DNA of 64,000 nt. Source: the human T2T-CHM13v2.0 reference genome, Homo sapiens. Where the stretch lies: the NCBI RefSeq assembly GCF_009914755.1, contig NC_060941.1; one strand, 5' to 3'. The position numbers and the translations under genes are program-made. The number at the start of each line of letters is the position of its first letter. Position 1 is the stretch's first letter. Below the pieces are notes generated by a model, which was not told the DNA's origin, searched no databases, and was given only the letters and a program-made list of their open reading frames with translations. Positions 1-29,479 of the stretch are shown piece after piece.

Positions 1-269
1 TGCAAGTCATTGTAACTAACTACCACCACATCATGGGAGAAAAGTGAAGCGTGGCAATTAGCCTGGGCCAGATGACCCAGCTGATTTCCAGAGGCTGCAA
101 CTTACTTTGGAAACCAGCCCTCTAGAGTTAGGAGAGTGTACAGGGGACAGCCAAGAGTGTACAGGGCCCAGGCTTCCCAGTTTCAGAGCGTCCTGCCCTA
201 AGCGTGTCCAAATGGAGCATTTCAAAGGCATAGACCTTCTGTACCAAAATACAAAATTCTCAACTTTAT

Positions 270-548
270 TTACTTTATTTATTTTTTCGAGACAGGGTCT
301 TGCTCTGTCGCCCAGGCTGAAGCGAAGTAGCACCATTACTGCTTACTGCAGCCTTGAACTCCTGGACGCAAGCAATCCTCCCACCTCAGCCTCCCACGTA
401 GCTTGGACCATAGCCATGCTCCACTATGCTCAGATAATTTTTTATTTTTTTTGTTTTTGTGTAGAGACGGGGTCTCACTATGTTGCTCAAACGATCCTCC
501 CACCTCAACGTCCCAAGGTGCACAGGTGTGAGCCACCACGCCTGGCCA
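270..548 (-). mobile_element. AluJ-like, antisense, ~95 nt upstream of the exon-644 acceptor
   Basis: gagacagggtcttgctctgtcgcccaggctg ... gagccaccacgcctggcc. Confidence 0.9.
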
Positions 549-643
549 GAATTCTCAACTTCAGAAGATTTCCTTCAGATTCTTCTTTAACCACAGTTTT
601 ATGTTCCAGAGTAATAGAAATGGTTCATCTTTCCTTTTTACAG

Positions 644-1560
644 GTACAGGTGAACAAAGGCAGAGTAAACTGTCACCCCAGATGCAGGTACATCAAGACA
701 AAACCCTGCCACCAGCTCAGTCATCAAGTGTGGGTCCAGCAGAAGCCCAGCCACAGACTGCTCAGCCTTCAGCTCAGCCCCAGCCCCAAACCCAGCCCCA
801 GTCCCCAGCTCAGCCTGAAGTTCAGACTCAGCCTGAAGTTCAGACCCAAACAACTGTTTCATCCCATGTCCCTTCTGAAGCACAACCCACCCACGCACAG
901 TCATCCAAGCCCCAAGTTGCAGCACAGTCTCAGCCTCAAAGTAATGTCCAAGGACAGTCTCCTGTTCGTGTCCAAAGTCCATCACAGACTCGAATACGTC
1001 CATCAACTCCATCCCAACTGTCTCCTGGACAACAATCCCAGGTTCAGACTACAACCTCACAACCGATTCCAATTCAACCACATACATCTCTTCAGATACC
1101 TTCCCAAGGCCAGCCACAGTCACAACCCCAGGTACAGTCTTCAACTCAAACTCTTTCATCAGGACAAACTTTAAATCAAGTTACTGTTTCATCCCCATCC
1201 CGTCCTCAGCTACAAATACAGCAGCCACAGCCCCAAGTCATTGCTGTGCCTCAGCTGCAACAACAAGTCCAGGTTCTCTCTCAGATCCAGTCACAGGTTG
1301 TGGCTCAGATACAGGCTCAGCAAAGTGGTGTGCCCCAGCAAATCAAACTCCAGTTACCTATCCAAATTCAGCAAAGCAGTGCTGTGCAGACTCACCAGAT
1401 TCAGAATGTGGTTACAGTGCAGGCAGCCAGTGTGCAAGAGCAGTTGCAAAGGGTTCAGCAACTCAGGGATCAGCAGCAAAAGAAGAAACAGCAACAGATA
1501 GAAATTAAGCGTGAACACACCCTCCAAGCTTCTAATCAAAGTGAAATCATTCAGAAACAG
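644..1560 (+). CDS. BPTF: BPTF internal coding exon, Gln/Pro/Ser-rich low-complexity region (GTGEQRQSK...SEIIQKQ)
   Basis: Acceptor ttccttttta cag|GT at 641-643 and donor CAG|gtaaag at 1561. 917 nt, phase 1->0, inside ORF 601..1620. Peptide recognised as BPTF. Confidence 0.96.
811..846 (+). repeat. 18-bp coding tandem repeat (QPEVQT x2)
   Basis: cagcctgaagttcagact / cagcctgaagttcagacc. Confidence 0.9.
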
Positions 1561-2194
1561 GTAAAGTTATTAAGTAAAAGCAGCATGTTCAGTAGCTTGA
1601 ATTATTGTGCTGTGCAGTAGAATTAGTGTTTGGTTGTGTTAGGTTTCCTAAATGAGACAAAGTCATTAATGTTTAAATTTAGAAGAAACACTGAATTGAC
1701 CAAAAAAAATACTGAATGACTACTGTGGTGTGGAACACTTCGTTAGATACATATAATATATAGTCAGTGCTTATTAGGAATGACCTGTATTTTGGGAGGA
1801 CTAAGATGGGAAGAATGGAGTTATGAGCTTTAATCTTTAATATAAAACTTGAGGGTTTAACTAAGTTTTAAAGCCACTTCAGACATTATAGCAATTCCTT
1901 TAAAGTTATTGAAAGTTGTCATTCCTTAGTTTGCATGTAGACTATGCAAATTATAGACAGATTAAACTCATTTGCATTTCTAGCCACACCTTTGTAAAAA
2001 AGTTTTTGAAAACATATTATTTCATAGCTTAAGTAAAAAGTGGCATCATCCAGCAACATCTTGCAATGGCACATTAGTGAAATAAAGCAATTTAGATGAG
2101 TTAGAATTAGTCTACTAAAGTGAAGTCACACATATAACATCTGATAACATTACTGGCAGAAACCATCTTTTCATCTACCTATAGCTTGCTTCGC

Positions 2195-2830
2195 TCAGCA
2201 CTAGGCAGGAGTTTGAATGTGGATTTTAAGTGTTACCAAGTTGTGAGACCTTCATTCAGTTCCTAGGTCTCCCATTCACAGTCCGTGAAACTCACTTATC
2301 CCTCCTTAGCTATAGCCTCTTAAAACCCTTCTCTTTCCAGCCACATGAGATTATTGCAATGATTAAATGAGGTCATAAATGTAGAAGCACTTTTTAAACA
2401 GCGAAGTTATTTTAAAGATGTAGTATTCTTATGAAAATGACGGTCATATATATTATATTTAAATGTATTATTACCCAGCTTTACTGTGTATCTATAAACT
2501 GAGAATTACTACACTGTCTGTCTATCCGCTAATCTTTGTATAGGGGAGACGAGGGACAGTTCTTTAAAATTCATTCCTGGGAAGAAAGCATAATGTTAAA
2601 AATACGGCCTTTGGAGAAGGATAGCCAGGTTAAAATTTCAGCTGTATTACTTACTGTTTGTCAAACAAGGTGGTTAATTTCTTTATGTCTCAGTATCTTG
2701 TTTATAAAATTATTGCTATGGTTCAGTGTTGTTGTAAGGAATAAACGAGGTAATGTCAAGTGCTTAGCCTAGCACGGTACCCAGCAGGTGGTAAGCACCC
2801 AGGCCATCTGGTAGCTGCTAATTTTATTTA
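2195..2830 (+). mobile_element. Two degenerate MIR SINEs (~2195-2395 and ~2585-2830)
   Basis: MIR 3' core: gattaaatgaggtcataaatgtagaagcact; gtaaggaataaacgaggtaatgtcaagtgcttagc. Confidence 0.6.
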
Positions 2831-2960
2831 TGTTACGATATAAAATTCTTACAGTTTCTTTAAAAAAACACATATGTGCTCAAATTTCTACTGTTGTTAT
2901 CTGTGTACTAACCTGTGGTGATTATAAAATATGCGCTTTTGGATTTATTCTGTCCTGAAG

Positions 2961-3043
2961 GTGGTGATGAAGCATAATGCTGTAATAGAACATTTAAAAC
3001 AGAAAAAGAGCATGACTCCAGCTGAAAGAGAAGAGAATCAAAG
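2961..3043 (+). CDS. BPTF: BPTF coding exon (VVMKHNAVIEHLKQKKSMTPAEREENQR)
   Basis: ttctgtcctgaag|GTG ... CAAAG|gtaggg. 83 nt, phase 0->2, joins flanking exons in frame. Confidence 0.94.
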
Positions 3044-3315
3044 GTAGGGGAGACGCAGGGTCTTGTTGTCTGTCCGTCTCTTCTCTTTATCGTGCACACG
3101 CACAGAGTTCTGAGTTTATACTTGTTTATCTTGATTGAAGTTCATTAAATGAGAACACTTGGCACTAATAGTTACTCATAACTGGTTTGAACCACTCTTG
3201 ACGTTTTCCAGTCACAGAAAGTTTTTGTCTCATCTGTAGAGGCATAGAAGAATGATGTCTTAAGCCTTTCAAAATGAAACGCCCAGCATTACATAGGTTG
3301 TGTATTTTTCTCTAG

Positions 3316-3541
3316 AATGATTGTCTGTAACCAGGTGATGAAGTATATTTTGGATAAGATAGATAAAGAAGAAAAACAGGCAGCAAAAAAACGGAAGCGT
3401 GAAGAGAGTGTGGAGCAGAAACGTAGCAAGCAGAATGCCACTAAGCTGTCAGCTCTGCTCTTCAAGCACAAAGAGCAGCTCAGAGCCGAGATCCTGAAGA
3501 AGAGAGCACTCCTGGACAAGGATCTGCAAATTGAAGTGCAG
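3316..3541 (+). CDS. BPTF: BPTF coding exon, basic coiled-coil (MIVCNQVMKYILDKIDKEEK...DLQIEVQ)
   Basis: tttttctctag|A ... GTGCAG|gtaaga. 226 nt, phase 2->0; ORF 3317..3673. Confidence 0.96.
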
Positions 3542-3944
3542 GTAAGAGGGCACATCCTTTTCTTCTGTGTCCAGTGTTTAACATCTGAGGTTCTGCTTTT
3601 TTCCCTTGCCTTTTTAATAAAGCTTAAAATTTCAGTATGTTTTCTAGAACTTACATTTGTGTACATAGAGTAAAAAGCAGTGCAGCGTGTGTGTCTTGCA
3701 AAACAAGTCAGAGCTTTTATAACTAAATGTGTAGTTATATTGTATTCTCCAGACTAGCAACTCTGAGAGGTGAGCTTGTTGATTGAATTGTTGAAAAACT
3801 CTGAGAAGAGCTTTTCATGTCTATGACATAGTCTAGCCAAAAGTAATTAGGAGCAGAGCTTCATGAGAAAGGTACAGAGACAGTGAAGTAACGTTGAAAG
3901 AATGAAAAATAACATGAGTCCATTAAATAAGACAAATTGCACCA

Positions 3945-6636
<2,692 letters not shown>

Positions 6637-7007
6637 GACCACAAAGAGGAGATTGGTCATCAGTGTTTCTCAACAGAAGCACTTTGGCCTCTTGAACAAG
6701 CCAGTTTACACACTGTAGAAGTTTAGCATCATTTAAAGTGTGCCACACACTGTTTCCGTTCCACATTCTACACAGAGTGGGAAAATAGTTGTAGTTTATA
6801 TCCTTTATGTATAAAAAAGTTGGTCAGTTGCCCTTCAAAGCCAACAAATGAAAATGATCTCTAAATCTAACCCCCAAAGACAATCATTTTTAAACAACTT
6901 TAGAATATATCTTGTATATATTACTTTAATGTATGTATTCATATATAAACCTGTTTTATACAGAAACAATCTAACGAGGAAGAAAAGTTATACTTTGAGA
7001 AAGGAGG

Positions 7008-9546
<2,539 letters not shown>

Positions 9547-10220
9547 TGGTTGTCTTTTTTTCATATTACATGTTTTCCTTTTCAAACATTTAAGTTTTGC
9601 AAGCTTATTTTGAGTGAGAGGAGTTTTGTTTTTGTTTTCTCTCCCAAAGCCCAGTGGAGCCCAGTCAACCCTTAACTTCCAACAGGGAGCCGGCTCTTAT
9701 CACTGCCTCACACACAGCATGTTAGTCTCCCTTACCCCCCAGAAACCCTAATGTTAGTGTTCGGCCACCTCTTCTTCCTTCTGAATCTGGAGCCTAGCAG
9801 GCCTGCAGTTTTAGTCCTGCTCACAGTTTTGTGTCTCTATTCCATTGAGATTGTTGTAACTTATTTAAGCATGACTATTTCTTCTCAGTTTCTCTTTTTT
9901 ATATTTTATTTTCATTTGTATGTTTTTGAAGGGAGAGGGAAGATCAAAGTGTGTGCCCACTATACAATCTTGGTTTTCCCAAAATCCGTCCCATGATGTT
10001 ATAAACATATGAACTAGGAGATGAAACTCAAGGTTTTCTTTCTAACCTAGGAAGAAGTTCAGTCTCTCTCTATAAATAGAGAAGGGCTGTTGAATAATTT
10101 GTCACCTGACTTCTCTTTTGACTTTGTAAGACCAGATAGTCTATAGACAGAAACAGATTCATTAAACCAGGGCCATTCAGGTTTATTTAGTAAAATATTT
10201 GTGTTATGTTTAAAAGCTTT

Positions 10221-14186
<3,966 letters not shown>

Positions 14187-14743
14187 TTAAAAAAAGAAAA
14201 TAGTGCGTTATGTTGCACTACTCTCCCTGCAGTCTGAAATTCTAGACATAGGAGCATCATAATAAATAAGGCAAATCTGCCTCTTTTCTGCTTTATGCTG
14301 GTCAGACCACATTTTGAGTCTCAAGGCCAGTTCATGTCCAGTCTCACTGTAAGGACAGAGAGCAAGAGCAACTAGAAGAAAGCAGCCAGTGAGAGAGGAT
14401 GCTTGAAATCACCTTCTGAGCAACCACAGAAAGAGCCCAGATGGGACAGGGGCAAGCCAGGAGGGACGCTCTTCCTAGCCACTTGGCTCATCTTTCAGTC
14501 AGCTCTCCTTTGAAGATAACTAGCAGCTTTCTAGTTGTTCTTACCTAGTCTTCATTTTGTTTCTAGTTGTCTTAGTTGGGTTTAAGATATAAGAAAACTC
14601 TTGTTTGCAACTAACTAAAACTCTCACGTTAGGCTGAACTGTGGAGCTACTTTGACAAGAGTGGGTAGTGTACCATCTTCTGGCCAGATCACACATTTAC
14701 ATGACTCTAATGATAGTCTTGTATTGTCTTTAATTGACAACAG

Positions 14744-15078
14744 GAAGAGCTGAAGAGAGACCTGAAAATTAAGAAAGAAAAAGACCTGATGCAGTTGGCT
14801 CAGGCCACAGCAGTAGCTGCACCCTGCCCCCCAGTGACACCAGCTCCTCCAGCCCCTCCAGCCCCTCCACCTTCACCTCCCCCTCCACCTGCTGTGCAAC
14901 ACACAGGCCTTCTGTCCACGCCCACCTTACCTGCTGCTTCCCAGAAGAGGAAGCGGGAAGAGGAAAAAGACTCCAGCTCAAAGTCCAAGAAAAAGAAAAT
15001 GATCTCTACTACCTCAAAGGAAACTAAGAAGGACACAAAGCTTTACTGTATCTGTAAAACGCCTTATGATGAATCTAA
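14744..15078 (+). CDS. BPTF: BPTF coding exon: Pro-rich tract, basic NLS-like motifs (KRKREEE...KSKKKK), N-terminal part of PHD (LYCICKTPYDESK)
   Basis: caacag|GAAGAG ... TCTAA|gtgagt. 335 nt, phase 0->2; ORF 14789..15082. Confidence 0.96.
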
Positions 15079-16767
15079 GTGAGTAGATCTTTTTGAGCTC
15101 TAGTTTTTTGTCTTGAAAGTTTAGCTATTAAATTGGATTTTGAAGAAAATGAATATTTTGGGAGTGATATAAATGAAAATATTAAATTTAAGAGTAATGT
15201 TTCATCCATGGTCTTGCATGTGATATTCTTACCATTGACGCTAGTAAAGTAAAATTTGCTATTTCACGTGTTTGTGATTGTCCTTTGTTATATTCTTTTC
15301 TGTCAAAAACAAGCTTTCTGTTGCTCCTTTGCTTTCTCTTCTTCCCTCTGAATTAACTCCAAATCAGTGAGTAATTGATGTCTGGAGAAGGAGGTGTATT
15401 ACTGTTGCCCAAAATGGAGAGCATCCTTTCTGGGATCTGTTCAAAGCCCTGCGAATACATGAAATCCTGGAAACCAGTTGAACATGAATGGTCAGAGGTT
15501 TTGAATTTGAGTGGTTCGGTTTCTTAATTGTTTTATTTTAAGCAGTTGTTTTTTTTGTATTAAAATACTGCAACTCATATTTTTGTCAAAGTTTCCACTT
15601 TCTTATCAGAGACAAAAGCCAGAAAAATACAAAAAGTGTTCCTTTCCCCCATTCCTCAAGCATAACGTCCAACAGTTTGGCAGCTGGAAGCTGTTTTTGA
15701 CAGTTGTGACTTGTATTTGGTGATATAAACAAGATTATAGAGGCACTAAACCGTAAATGTAGTTTCATTTTTTTGGTCATTACTATCATTTTACAAAATA
15801 TTTAACTTCTACTTTGAACATTAAAATGTAGTCCAGCTTTTTAAAGCCACAGTTAACCACCATACTTTTTACAGGACCAAAAAGTCTGATTGTGCTTTAA
15901 AAACTGATCATTTAGAATCAATTAATTAGAATTAGGAATGCTTAATGCCTACCTTAAGTGGATACCTAATTGATTCCTAAAATAAAATTGTGGTCCCTTT
16001 AATGATGTTCAAGTTGCAACATTGAAGCTGCTTTGGTGGTGCTATCTAAATGATAATCTGTTTGCAAATGCCAAATGAAAACTCTTTGTTGGCAGATTGA
16101 GCTGTGTGCTGAATTAAACAGAAATCAATTTAGGCATCTTCACTTTTCATTATCTTATCTCATTGGAAATTATACATAATGTAAACAGTAGAACGTGATT
16201 CACTGATTTTTTTTTACTTTAGTTTAATACAAGTGTGCCTCACTTTAAGCAAAATATACTAAATGATTTCTGAAACAGGAGTTTCCTTACTTTTTCAGTT
16301 AAAAAGATTTGTTTACAGAATTTCTTTAAATAACAAGGCTTCTTTGGCCTGTTTAGAGTATTCAGATCACAGAAATTGATTTCACACACAACTTCTTTGA
16401 AATACCTACATTGCATAAAATGAGGCACACAGATACGTGTGCCCATTCCATCGAGATTGCCTCATTATTTTGTGTTATTTTATATTTTTCATTTTGTCAT
16501 TATTAACACTTTAGTATACCAGGTTCATTCACTCCCTATTTTAGTTGAGATGAGTTAGTGTTTCTAAGGAGTGTTTCGTAATCTCTTGTCCCAAACTAGG
16601 CTGGTTTGGGAATCCAGTGAGAGTGACTGAAAACTGAAATTCAAGTCCTGAACGTCCTTCCAGAACACAGCCTATCACCCTGTGGAGATAACACACAAAC
16701 TATCTCAGAGGACCCCCACCTGTGGCAGTGAAAATCATGTGAGAGTCATAGTTCAAAAGAAAAAAGT

Positions 16768-17347
<580 letters not shown>

Positions 17348-18526
17348 GTTAGTGGTAACAGGATAAACTACATAACCATATATTATTCCTTCACATTCAT
17401 GAAGCAGGTCAATTTGAAGCTTGAGGACGACTTCCATTCCTCTAGGTGAATCTGCCAAGAAATGCCTTGGTAGAACTAAGAGTGCCAATGGTATCAGCAA
17501 GGCCAGTCTGGTTCCCTGAGATTCATGGTAATTCTCACTATGACTTTGACATGGTGTTCCTACACAGTGCCTATCAACACTTATAGACACACTGTGTAAG
17601 CGTTTGTTACATTTACTTTTCCTTTTGTCATTAGGTCTTTTGTTACAGAGGCCACTCTGCTCTCCACAATCACACATTTACACAGCTCCCCCTTGCCAAG
17701 CAGTGTAGACCCTCACAGGCTTTGGATAACTATCCTTGCATCATTCTCCACACCTTGTCCCCGGTGTTGAACTGAAGCATCTCCTTCCACGTTCCCTGCC
17801 CGTTAGTTAGCCAGGCCACTGCCCACATTGTCACAAACATTATATTAACAGGAAAACTGGCCCGTGCCATATTCCATTATGAGAGGTTATTTTTAATTCG
17901 ATTAAATTCCAATGTTTATTCAGAAAACCTGGTAGAGATTGAATTGCTCTATGTACTTTCTTAGTTTTCTTCTTCATATCATATTTTGACCATTTATCTT
18001 CTACACCTGGCTGACCTGCATGTTCCTTGTAGTGTAACTTCTACTTGGTGTTTGCGCTTTGCTTTGTTTTCAAATTTAAATTGTGAGATACATTTTCAAA
18101 CCTATCTAAGAAATAGCCCTGATATTGAAATGGCTTCTGTGGAATAGGTTTGACAGATGTAAGTCTTTGATTCTTTGGCTTTGGTTTTTGTGCCTGTTAC
18201 AGTTTTACACACATTCATTCAGAGGAAGACATTACCATCAATGTGTTGTTTCTTTTTTCAAATTCCAGTATGTTTTTAAAGACCCATATTTCACTAAGCA
18301 GTGTACTTGTTGAAACTGATGTGAGTGACTTTATGTTTCCACATGTGATAGAGCATCAGATACTGGAGTTTGCCAGGGGTAGAATGGTTGGATTCAGAAA
18401 TGTTTAGCTGACTCATTGCAGGAAGTTACACTGTAAAAAAGTGAATCAAGGCAGGGAAGACAGATTTAAGTACCATGCAGCTCAAAATGACAATTACATT
18501 GTCATTTTCATTGTGAATACTTTTAG

Positions 18527-18700
18527 GTTCTATATTGGCTGTGATCTTTGTACTAACTGGTATCATGGAGAATGTGTTGGCATCACAGAAAAGGAGGCTA
18601 AGAAAATGGATGTGTACATCTGTAATGATTGTAAACGGGCACAAGAGGGCAGCAGTGAGGAATTGTACTGTATCTGCAGAACACCTTATGATGAGTCACA
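18527..18700 (+). CDS. BPTF: BPTF cassette exon (58 codons): C-terminal part of one PHD + linker + N-terminal part of the next PHD
   Basis: acttttag|GTTCTAT ... GTCACA|gtgagt. 174 nt, phase 2->2. Encodes FYIGCDLCTNWYHGECVGITEKEAKKMDVYICNDCKRAQEGSSEELYCICRTPYDESQ with intact C4HC3 ligands. Confidence 0.9.
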
Positions 18701-19405
18701 GTGAGTTCTGATAAGAGCATCATATTTAATAATTTAGGAAGCCAAATTGCTCTGACTGGTTACTTATTTATTTTAAAATAAAAAGCAGATTTTTTTCTAC
18801 ATTTATTATACACTTACATTACAAATTCCTTTTCATTTTTCTCTTTTTCCCTTTTTACCTACCCTTCAAAATTTATCTTGCTTCATAGTGAATGTTTGAG
18901 ACACATTGGGGAAAATGTGGTTTAATGGTAGATTTGATTCTTCAATATGTAACATAGAAATTAATGAGATTAAAATAGCCTGACTTGTTTGGACTTTATC
19001 AGTGTTTGAAATGGTGCTTTATTGTAGGTTAGAAAAACACTAATTTGGGTACAAGCTCTGAGACTCTGTTATTAGCTTATAGGATTTTGAACACCCATAT
19101 GGTACAGTACTAGTTGAAAGATTTTTGGCTTTGTTTTCAGCTTTAAAATCAATTGAATGTTTCATATTTATCTTTAAATTGGTTCTCCAGTATTACACAG
19201 TGTTCTTATAAATTTTTTTACTGCTTGTTCTTAACATCAAAAATACTAAATTAATGAACTGGAATGTCAATCTTGAAAGTATTAAAACCATAATACTAAA
19301 ACTATTTTATATCCCAGGGTTTAGCAAATTTTCAGGTGCATGCTTTATTATAAGTAACATCATCCCATGTGTTTTGAACTCACATTTCCATTTCGGATCT
19401 TGCAG

Positions 19406-19598
19406 ATTTTATATTGGCTGTGATCGGTGTCAGAATTGGTACCATGGGCGCTGCGTTGGCATCTTGCAAAGTGAGGCAGAGCTCATTGATGAGTATGTCT
19501 GTCCACAGTGCCAGTCAACAGAGGATGCCATGACAGTGCTCACGCCACTAACAGAGAAGGATTATGAGGGGTTGAAGAGGGTGCTCCGTTCCTTACAG
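19406..19598 (+). CDS. BPTF: BPTF coding exon: C-terminal part of PHD ([18 protein letters not shown]...CPQC), linker helix, start of bromodomain
   Basis: atcttgcag|ATTTTAT ... TTACAG|gtgaga. 193 nt, phase 2->0. Confidence 0.97.
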
Positions 19599-19893
19599 GT
19601 GAGACCCCTCTGTGTGCAGCATTTCAAAATGAAATCAGCCAGCATAATTTTGGAAGCATTTCTAGGATTTCAAGTTTCCAATCTTAGAATGATTATTTAC
19701 TGACTCCCAGCTAGTCTAGTGAAGTGCCTAACAAACTGCAGTCCTTCACGTACCAGTGCCATGAGCTTTACCATATCCCCACACCACGTCAGCTTATCTC
19801 ACACTCACAAGAGTGTTAACATGACTCACTTCTTTATACATTTTATTTTTAAGGAGACTTCCTCTCACCCCCATGGATTGAGAAGCAGTATGA

Positions 19894-21255
<1,362 letters not shown>

Positions 21256-21767
21256 GTGGGGGGAAATAAAAGGATATAGTGCACTGGATTGAAACTTTCT
21301 CCTGTCGTTATCATAATCAGAAGAATTGAAGTAACTAAAAAGAGAATCATAGTCTCAATGTGTGCTTGAATGTTATTTAACATCACGTCTCTGCTACCTC
21401 ATCATTAACCAGCTGTGGTAATGATTCCACACTTTGAACCCATCCCACCTGTTGACAGAAGCGATTGCAATGCCAGCATCACTCAGTGACGGCTCATCAT
21501 GTAGGGCCCAGAATACTGATTTTGTGACTTCTAAGCTTGTGCTCCATTCCCAACACAAAGTCTTCTGACCAGCCTTTGAGTACCATTATTGTAGAGGAAG
21601 CTCATCTTAGGTAACTATTTACTAGAGCAGAAATCACTTAATATAAAATATTTCATGTATCAAATTTAAAACTCACTTTTGGGTTCATTGATGTAGTAAC
21701 TCAACCAGGAAACTTAAATGGAATTAGTGTTTTCACTGACAATAATGATGCTGCTTTTTCATTATAG

Positions 21768-21852
21768 GCCCATAAGATGGCCTGGCCTTTCCTTGAACCA
21801 GTAGACCCTAATGATGCACCAGATTATTATGGTGTTATTAAGGAACCTATGG
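21768..21852 (+). CDS. BPTF: BPTF coding exon, bromodomain ZA loop ([28 protein letters not shown])
   Basis: ttttcattatag|GCC ... ATGG|gtaagt. 85 nt, phase 0->1. WPF and PDYY bromodomain motifs. Confidence 0.96.
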
Positions 21853-21939
21853 GTAAGTACATGAGTTGAATATGAAGTTTTTCAGAAGTCTCAGTGGATG
21901 TTTTATTATCCATAAAATTAATATCTTAGAATATTTTTA

Positions 21940-25600
<3,661 letters not shown>

Positions 25601-26149
25601 TAATAAAATACATATATACATACATACTAAGTTAAACATAATCTCCTATATCTCCTAAGTAGGTACATAAAGATAATAATATAGATCTCTAAAACGTATT
25701 GTTGGGAAAAGAAGTGAAAGTTACAGAGCAGTACCCAGATTTTAAGCAGTAAACATTTATTTTCTAAGAGTACCTAAATGTGTTTAGAAATGCATAGAAA
25801 ATGTCTGGAACAATATAGACTAAATTGAAAATAGTAATTTTCTTTGAGGATATAAGGGAACCAACAAAATCAGCAACTTTTATATTCTTAAATAGAAATA
25901 GGTTTAAATGAATTATGTTTGCTAATGTATTTTGTAAACTTAATACTTTTTCACATCAGCTGTTATAGACCTACATCATTTTAAATTATATGAAATTAAA
26001 ATTAACAGCCCCCATCAATAGATTTTTTTATTGTGTGTAGTTTTTGCTAGTATAAACAACATGCCACTGGACATCTTTGTTTATACATCTGCCTGTACTT
26101 GTTTGTTCTAAGAAAACAGTCTCCAGGTGAAAGGGTCTAAGTACATTTT

Positions 26150-28996
<2,847 letters not shown>

Positions 28997-29479
28997 GCAA
29001 CCTCATTTATGAATGAACTCCTTTCCCTACTGACTTGAAGGGACACCCTTAATATATGTGAAATTCTTATACTAGATACAGTTAAATCTGTTCCTGTTTT
29101 GAACTTGTCTGCGTTAGTGTTTGTGTTGTTCTGCATGCTGCCACACTTTCCATTACCACAGCTTTAGAATATTTTTTAATGTCTGACAGATAAGATTATC
29201 TCATTACTTTTCAGATATTTCTTAGGTATTCTAGTACTTTTATTTATTGGTTGAACTTCCAAATCACTTTCAAATTCTAAAATATTCACTAACCTTTAGT
29301 TTGAAATGTGTTGTCTGTCTACCCTAGATTGATTGGAGATTACTGGCCTTTCACTCTCTCAGATATTTATGTCAAATTGTATACAGAATTTTATTTCAAA
29401 CACGTCGTTCTCCTAGGATCAATGTTGTTTCAGATAGATTTATTTCAGTCAGTACATTCCAAAGCAGTTGCCTGCTCTA

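Noticed and set aside
107-1174. 355-aa ORF overlapping the Q-rich exon in another frame
   Set aside because: Starts at TTG and runs through an antisense Alu and intron. It stays open because CAG/CCA-rich low-complexity sequence lacks stops in that frame.
17430-17535. tag|gtgaat ... atg|gtaatt as an 82-nt poison exon or recursive splice site
   Set aside because: Short pyrimidine tract and mediocre sites; such pairs arise by chance, and there is no other support.
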